Source: Candidatus Zambryskiibacteriota bacterium (GTDB taxonomy: Bacteria; Patescibacteriota; Minisyncoccia; Phycocordibacterales; DATDWN01). From it: a stretch of DNA of 50,674 nucleotides. The notes beneath the pieces are model-generated. The model worked only from the letters and a program-made list of their open reading frames with translations. It made no database searches and was not told the origin of the DNA. Shown piece by piece: positions 44,808 to 50,674 of this stretch (positions are counted from its first letter, which is position 1; each line of letters begins with the position of its first letter). The stretch spans positions 1 through 50,674 of the forward strand of contig JAHFOB010000005.1 of NCBI GenBank assembly GCA_023267045.1, read 5' to 3'. The position numbers were made by a program, and so were the translations under genes.

Positions 44808-45218
44808 ATGAAAGTAATAACTAAAGATGTGCAGTCTCCAGTCAAAGTGTCGGACAGAAAATCTTTTGATATTCGCTCGGGCGACACTGTTCGTGTTTGG
44901 CAGAAAATTCAAGAAAAAGATAAGACACGACTTCAGGCCTTTGAAGGCTTGGTTATTGCTGTAAAACATGGCAAGGAAGCAGGAGCGACATTTACTGTAC
45001 GACGTGTGGCATCAGGAGTCGGTGTTGAGAAAATTTTCCCACTTTATTCTCCAAACATTGATTCAATGGAAGTTTTGAAACGATCAAAAGTTAGACGAGC
45101 AAAGCTTTACCACGTTCGTGAAAAAGCAGCTAAAGAAATACGACGTCAGATGAGAAATATCACTGATTTACCAGATAACACTCCGGAAGTTGAGGCAGAA
45201 GCAGAAATTAAAGAATAA
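44808..45218 (+). CDS. rplS: 50S ribosomal protein L19
   Basis: [39 protein letters not shown]. Confidence 0.97.
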   Translation: MKVITKDVQSPVKVSDRKSFDIRSGDTVRVWQKIQEKDKTRLQAFEGLVIAVKHGKEAGATFTVRRVASGVGVEKIFPLYSPNIDSMEVLKRSKVRRAKLYHVREKAAKEIRRQMRNITDLPDNTPEVEAEAEIKE

Positions 45219-45253
45219 ATCAAAAAATACCCTCTCGGGTATTTTTTGAATTT

Positions 45254-45338
45254 TGGTGCCCAGGAGAGGACTCGAACCTCCACACCTTACGGCACACCCA
45301 CCTCAAGGGTGCTTGTCTACCAATTTCAACACCTGGGC
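45254..45338 (-). tRNA. tRNA-Leu(GAG), CCA encoded
   Basis: Anticodon arm caccc-TTGAGGT-gggtg; long variable arm. Confidence 0.93.
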
Positions 45339-45449
45339 CTGATACTATCGCAGTATATTCGATTTTTAACTTTATTTCAATAAAAGCTAGATTTTTAGTG
45401 ATTTTTCTGTTATAACTTAGAAATCCTCGGTTAATTTACGAGGCAAAAT

Positions 45450-45521
45450 GGTGGCTATGGTGTAGTGGTAACACAGAAGCTTGTGGAGCTTTTATCTCCG
45501 GTTCAAATCCGGATAGCCACC
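45450..45521 (+). tRNA. tRNA-His(GUG) with encoded G-1
   Basis: g-gtggcta/tagccac-c acceptor stem, anticodon loop TTGTGGA. Confidence 0.92.
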
Positions 45522-45686
45522 CAAAAATAATGAATAAAATTCTATATAGTATTTTATGATTATATTTTTGGAGTGTGCTGGGAGGAGTAATCTCCGAGCA
45601 GTGTACCCACGAAATTTTAATAAGCAAAGCGATGATAAAATTTCAGTGTCCCGAGGTAATCCGAGGGGTAAGAAAAATTAAAACAT

Positions 45687-46235
45687 ATGCCTATAAAAAT
45701 AACCTATTTTGTTCACGGGACAACAACAGATAATGAGAAAGAGATTTCATCTGGCTGGAAAGATGTTGAGCTATCTCAACTCGGCATTGAACAATCTATT
45801 GCTTTGAAAGATAAAACAAAAGACTATCACTTTGATGTTGTCTTTTGTTCTGACTTACAAAGAGCTGTGAAGTCAGCAGAATTAGCTTGGGAAGGAATGT
45901 ATCCTATTATTCCTGATAAAAGATTGAGAGAGTGTAATTATGGAAAGCTAAACGGAAGCCCTTCTGCAATTGTTGAACCAATGCAAGAGGAGGAATGTAT
46001 TACGAAACCTTTTCCTGAAGGCGAAAGCTATGAAGATGTAAAGTCCAGAATAGCTGACTTCCTTGAGTTTCTAAAAAGAAACTATGACAGAAAGAGTGTC
46101 GCTATAGTTGGGCACAAAGCACCTCAGCTTTCTTTAGATGTTTTACTGAAAGATAAGACTTGGAAACAAGCTCTGGCAGAAGATTGGAGAAAGACCAGAG
46201 CTTGGAAAGCAGGTTGGGAATATAATATTGAATAA
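45687..46235 (+). CDS. Histidine phosphatase family protein
   Basis: VHGTT.DN (RHG-like), CSDLQRA, LRECNYG, PEGESY, VGH. Confidence 0.85.
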   Translation: MPIKITYFVHGTTTDNEKEISSGWKDVELSQLGIEQSIALKDKTKDYHFDVVFCSDLQRAVKSAELAWEGMYPIIPDKRLRECNYGKLNGSPSAIVEPMQEEECITKPFPEGESYEDVKSRIADFLEFLKRNYDRKSVAIVGHKAPQLSLDVLLKDKTWKQALAEDWRKTRAWKAGWEYNIE

Positions 46236-46237
46236 TT

Positions 46238-46759
46238 ATGAAAAAGATTTTGATTACGGGAATACCGGGTTCGGGAAAATCTACAATAAGCAATGTGTTA
46301 AAAACAAAAAAGTATTATGTCATTGATGGTCTAAGAAAAATAGGACTTGCCTACTGGGCAGATAGGAGGACAGGGAAGAAAACAGTCTATGAATCAAGTG
46401 TCAACTTAGATTGGTTTCGTGAACATGTTTGGACTTGGGATGAATCAGTATTAAATAAATTACTGAAGGAAAACGACAGGGAGTTAGTTTTTGTTTGTGG
46501 TGTTGTTCCGTTGGAACCTAAAATATTCGAATATTTTGATAAGGTATTCTTGTTACGTATAACTACCGTACTTATTCGTCAACGTATTGAACAAAGAACT
46601 GAAAATGAGTTTTCGAAAAACCCCCATTTCGTTGATTGGGTTTTAAGTTGGTATGATGATTTTGAATCTCGTCTACTTAAATACGGGGCGATTCCAATTG
46701 ACGCTACTAAACCAGTTGCCGAGGTTGTTGATGAAATTTTATCTCAAAAGGTCCATTAG
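46238..46759 (+). CDS. P-loop nucleotide kinase (AAA family)
   Basis: ITGIPGSGKST Walker A; C-terminal IDATKP. Confidence 0.8.
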   Translation: MKKILITGIPGSGKSTISNVLKTKKYYVIDGLRKIGLAYWADRRTGKKTVYESSVNLDWFREHVWTWDESVLNKLLKENDRELVFVCGVVPLEPKIFEYFDKVFLLRITTVLIRQRIEQRTENEFSKNPHFVDWVLSWYDDFESRLLKYGAIPIDATKPVAEVVDEILSQKVH

Positions 46760-46968
46760 TCCTACTCAAAGATTCAAATATTATAAAAGTTTCCCTGGAT
46801 TATTTTCTATTGATTTAATTAAAATCTTCTCATGTATCGATCTCAATTCTTGGAGTGTGATATCTCTTCCATCTAAGCGGACTAAAAAGTCTCAAACAGG
46901 CTAAAACAAGGGCGAATTACAGCAACTAGATTTCACTCTATCTTTCTAGATATGGAAAGCGTACAATT

Positions 46969-47625
46969 ATGAGCATGTCTTTCATATTTGCATCACGTCG
47001 ATTTTCCACTGAAACAAAACGTGATGCAATTGTGACTCTTTTGGATAATACTGTTCCAGATCGGGATTTCTATCTTCTTGTTATTGGAGCAGTTGCGCTT
47101 GCAATAAGTGCTATATTTACCGATAGTATTGCTGTACTCATTGCCAGTATGATTGTCGCTCCGCTCGCGTATCCTATTTTAGGTTTGGGTCTTGGTATTA
47201 TTATCTCTGACCCACGCCTTGTTTTGCGTTGTGCCTTTATGCTAGGTATTTCTCTTGGAATTGCGATTTTATTTTCATGTATTGCCACATTTTTCTTTGG
47301 CCATGTTCGAGTTGATCCAGTTTTTATTTCTTTTGAATCAAATCTATATTTTGCAACTATCATCGCATTTATATCCGGCTTTATTGCTGCGTATGGACTA
47401 GTTCGCAGTAAAGTAGGTGGTGCAATGACCGGTATCGGCATTGCCGTATCGCTTATGCCACCACTCGTCATGACAGGCATTTCTTTTGCCGATGGAATAT
47501 TTGCATCAGTTTCTCCATGGCACACCTTTCTTGTTTTCCTACTTAACGTTCTTGGAATACTTGTGGGTAGTATGATCACATTTGGGCTCATGAGCTTTCG
47601 TCGTGTATATAAGCAAAAATTATAA
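46969..47625 (+). CDS. DUF389-like membrane protein
   Basis: DSIAVLIASMIVAPL, GIGIAVSLMPPL. Confidence 0.8.
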   Translation: MSMSFIFASRRFSTETKRDAIVTLLDNTVPDRDFYLLVIGAVALAISAIFTDSIAVLIASMIVAPLAYPILGLGLGIIISDPRLVLRCAFMLGISLGIAILFSCIATFFFGHVRVDPVFISFESNLYFATIIAFISGFIAAYGLVRSKVGGAMTGIGIAVSLMPPLVMTGISFADGIFASVSPWHTFLVFLLNVLGILVGSMITFGLMSFRRVYKQKL

Positions 47626-47634
47626 TCAAAAATT

Positions 47635-47943
47635 ATGGCGAAAAAATCATTTCTTACTGAGTTTCTTCAGTTTCTCAAAGAATACAGAGTGGTCTCTCTT
47701 ACCGTTGCTTTTATTATGGGGGAAGCAAGTACCAGCCTCGTTTCTTCGCTTGTTAAAGATGTGCTTTTGCCAATCGCTGCTCCGCTTATGTCGGCTGAGA
47801 CATGGAAAGAGGCCGTTTTTCATATAGGCCCTATAACCATTTCATACGGATCGTTTCTAGCTGACATTATAAATTTTCTGATTCTCGCAATAATTATTTT
47901 TGTTGTTGCTAAGAAAATTATTAAATTGGGAGGTAAAAAATAA
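47635..47943 (+). CDS. mscL: Large-conductance mechanosensitive channel (short form)
   Basis: EF..FLKEY.VV.L.VAFIMG...LVSSLVKDVL.P, I.YGSFL..IINFLI. Confidence 0.85.
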   Translation: MAKKSFLTEFLQFLKEYRVVSLTVAFIMGEASTSLVSSLVKDVLLPIAAPLMSAETWKEAVFHIGPITISYGSFLADIINFLILAIIIFVVAKKIIKLGGKK

Positions 47944-47944
47944 T

Positions 47945-49663
47945 ATGAAAAAATTGTATGTATATGGAGGTATTTCCTTAATTATATTGATGATACTTTT
48001 TTCTGTCAGATATGTTTTTGCACAAACAGTGCCGATGGACATGACGTCAACTGATGCGCCAACTTCAGAAACAGAGGAGACAGTTCCAGCTATGCCGACC
48101 GGACCTTCTGTGTCTAATATATCTGTCACAGATATTACTGATACAAGCGCGCGAGTTGATATCAATTCGGATGAGCTTGTACAGGGATATGTTGAATATG
48201 GCACAAGTGAACAGTATGGTATGTCTACACCACTCACTTCCGAATTCAGCACTTCACCGTCATTTATACTCCAAAATCTTTCTCCCGAAACTCTATATCA
48301 TTATCGAGTTATTGTAATGGACAGTAGTGGTAATGCAGCAATAACGGCAGATGAGACATTTACAACTCTTGCAACCCCCACATCTGAACCATCTTCTCCA
48401 ATTCTTGTAATCTCAAATACCGAAACGGCGGAGATGAGCACCTCAACGGCACGCATCATATGGCAGACAAACAAAAATGCGGATGGGCAAGTACAATACG
48501 GTATTAGTACTTCATACGGCGCCCTTTCACCCTTGGGAGTTATTGGAACTTCTCACGATATTTCTCTTTCGTCTCTTGCCCCAAACACAAAATATTACTA
48601 TCGCGCTATTTCCAAAACATCAGAAGGAGAAATAGCATATGGCACTCCACAAGAATTTACCACGCTTGCTGTGCAAGCAGTCGTGACCTATCCAACCATT
48701 TCCAATGTTACGATAAGTACAACGACTTCATCCGCTATGATATCATGGACGACGTCGAAGCCTACAACATCAAACATCCAATATGGCACGACCACATCAT
48801 ATGGTGCATCGATTGGTAAAGATTTAACACTGACCACTTCTCATAGTCGAACACTGGCAAATCTTCTTTCGGGAACAACATATCATTTCCGTATTATTGC
48901 CACGGATAGCGATGGAAATGCCGCATATGGAAAGGATAGAAATTTTACCACATCTGCATCGTCTCAGACCACTACGGTTACCGCTCCGACAACTCCAAAT
49001 AATTCTGATATTCTTGCAAACATCGCTAGGTCAGAATCAGAAGCAGTCACTTCTTATACTGGTGGCGGATTACCAGTCATCTCTGCCCGACCACTTCCGC
49101 TTAATGTCGTACCGCTTGATGGACAAGTACTGTTTGAATGGAAAAAGGATGCTGGTGCACATAACGGTATCATCCACACTCTCATTGTCAGAAAAGAAGG
49201 TACTGATCCTGTGAGATCGCGCATTGATGGTGATATTGTGTACGACGGTCCTGACACTATTTTTACCGATACAAATGTAGAAAATGGTAAAGAGTATCAC
49301 TATGGATTGTATTCATACGGATCATTCGGGCGTTTCAGCGCATCATCACATTTTAAAGTTGTTCCACGGGCAGACAGAGAAGAAGTGGATGTTCAGGCGA
49401 CAACAATCGCAGAAGAAACAACTCCCACTCCAGCACTTTCACTTACGCGTGATTTGTATCGAGGTCTACAGGGTGACGATATCAAAATGCTGCAAACATT
49501 TCTTTCTACAAATGGTTATTATCCAGAGGGATTGGTCACTGGTTATTTTGGATCACTCACTAAAGCAGCAGTAGTACGCTTTCAACTCCTGAATACTATT
49601 TCTCCTGTAGCAGGATATGTGGGTCCTATAACGAAAGAGGTGATGGGACAGATATATAGATAA
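47945..49663 (+). CDS. Secreted protein with fibronectin type III repeats and a C-terminal peptidoglycan-binding domain
   Basis: Signal peptide; three 'V.YG....YG...L.P.T.Y.YR' repeats; L..G..G.D...LQ.FL...GYFG.LT.AAV..FQ. Confidence 0.85.
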   Translation: MKKLYVYGGISLIILMILFSVRYVFAQTVPMDMTSTDAPTSETEETVPAMPTGPSVSNISVTDITDTSARVDINSDELVQGYVEYGTSEQYGMSTPLTSEFSTSPSFILQNLSPETLYHYRVIVMDSSGNAAITADETFTTLATPTSEPSSPILVISNTETAEMSTSTARIIWQTNKNADGQVQYGISTSYGALSPLGVIGTSHDISLSSLAPNTKYYYRAISKTSEGEIAYGTPQEFTTLAVQAVVTYPTISNVTISTTTSSAMISWTTSKPTTSNIQYGTTTSYGASIGKDLTLTTSHSRTLANLLSGTTYHFRIIATDSDGNAAYGKDRNFTTSASSQTTTVTAPTTPNNSDILANIARSESEAVTSYTGGGLPVISARPLPLNVVPLDGQVLFEWKKDAGAHNGIIHTLIVRKEGTDPVRSRIDGDIVYDGPDTIFTDTNVENGKEYHYGLYSYGSFGRFSASSHFKVVPRADREEVDVQATTIAEETTPTPALSLTRDLYRGLQGDDIKMLQTFLSTNGYYPEGLVTGYFGSLTKAAVVRFQLLNTISPVAGYVGPITKEVMGQIYR

Positions 49664-49774
49664 ACGAATATATTACAGGATAAATTGAGTGATATTTAAT
49701 TCATTTTCTCTCGGAGAATTTCCATGTAGCATTGATCAAGCAAGGGTGTTAAAATACTGTATCGGTCACGACCC

Positions 49775-50662
49775 ATGAATAATATTTTGATAACTGAAAA
49801 GTCAGCTGACTATGAACTACTAGACAGTGGTAATGGTGAAAAGTTAGAAAGATATGGAAACGTAGTTTTGTCACGTCCAGATCCGCAGGTTTTGTGGCAA
49901 AAATCTCTTGGAAAAGAAGAGTGGGAAAAAGCAGATAGCGTTTTTACTCGAGACGGCACTTCAGGCAAATGGAATATAACAAAAGAACCATGGCAGATTA
50001 GTTTTGAAGATTTAAAGTTTAATCTCAAACTTCTTCCTTCAAAACATCTTGGCATTTTTCCCGAGCAGTCATCGCAGTGGAAGTGGCTCTATGATAAAAT
50101 TTCCCCAAGGGTCACCCTTGGGGGGAAAATTTCTGTTTTAAATCTGTTTGCATACACTGGTGGAGCGACACTTGCTTGTGCAAAAGCCGGTGCAGAGGTC
50201 TGTCATGTTGACGCTTCAAAGTTTGTAGTTGACGCAGCTCACAAAAATTTAGATTTATCTAGTTTAGGAGACAAAAAAGTTAGATTTATCGTTGATGATG
50301 TCCGAAAATTTGTAGAGCGAGAAGTAAAACGTGGAAACAAATATGATGTTATTTTGCTTGACCCACCAGTCTACGGAAAGGGAAGTAACGACGAAGTGTG
50401 GAAGATCGAAGAAGATCTCGCACCACTTCTTTCTCGAATAAAAAGTATACTTTCTCCAGATCCAGTAGCTATTGTGCTCAGCGGATATGCCTCTCTCTAT
50501 TCACACACAACATACGCTCAAATGCTTGCAGATATAACAAAAGATTTGAAAGGAACGATTTCTTCTGGCGAGCTTGCAATACGAGAGTCGTCCGGGGACA
50601 GACTTTTGCCCTGCGGTATTTACGCACGTTTTGAAGGTCAATCATTGAAAATTGTAAATTAA
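49775..50662 (+). CDS. Class I SAM-dependent methyltransferase (RlmI/RlmK-like)
   Basis: YELLDSG.GEKLER, HLGIFPEQ, VLNLFAYTGG, DVRKF, LDPP. Confidence 0.85.
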   Translation: MNNILITEKSADYELLDSGNGEKLERYGNVVLSRPDPQVLWQKSLGKEEWEKADSVFTRDGTSGKWNITKEPWQISFEDLKFNLKLLPSKHLGIFPEQSSQWKWLYDKISPRVTLGGKISVLNLFAYTGGATLACAKAGAEVCHVDASKFVVDAAHKNLDLSSLGDKKVRFIVDDVRKFVEREVKRGNKYDVILLDPPVYGKGSNDEVWKIEEDLAPLLSRIKSILSPDPVAIVLSGYASLYSHTTYAQMLADITKDLKGTISSGELAIRESSGDRLLPCGIYARFEGQSLKIVN

Positions 50663-50674
50663 AAATTAAAAATT

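Noticed and set aside
46779-46890. Minus-strand fragment DFLVRLDGRDITLQELRSIHEKILIKSIENNPGKLL-stop as a gene remnant
   Set aside because: No start codon and no recognisable family; it cannot be supported without a search.

Overview
This AT-rich bacterial chromosome segment most likely comes from a Patescibacteria/CPR (Parcubacteria-like) genome; that is an inference from gene content, shortened PolA/YebC, tRNA-Arg(GCG) and leaderless genes. The backbone carries a giant secreted protein (5' end outside the window), RNase P RNA, murJ, lepA, ruvC-yebC-ruvB, a PilB/GspE ATPase, tsaE-polA-holA, mutM, ruvA, rpsT, pilMNO-like genes, uppS, an RluA-family gene, rplS, mscL and seven tRNAs. Three things stand out. 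(1) Short palindromic elements insert in frame into core genes. The main case is a 456-bp cassette carrying a GxxExxY PD-(D/E)XK nuclease between terminal inverted repeat arrays, fused inside the LepA G domain, with an 'empty' copy further along the same gene. An ACCCC...ACGGGGCARG hairpin family sits in lepA, tsaE, the RluA-family gene and an intergenic cluster, and 7-8-mer palindromic arrays occur between genes and inside rnpB. (2) A RAYT-like HUH transposase has REP doublets on both sides. (3) Two elements appear to be integrated in tandem at the 3' end of tRNA-Ser: a ~7.9-kb serine-recombinase/Rep element with a Panacea toxin-antitoxin pair, whose recombinase C-terminus would change on excision, and a ~1.2-kb GC-rich non-autonomous element. 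Several unclassified structured-RNA candidates are also present. All calls are by eye; no searches were run.
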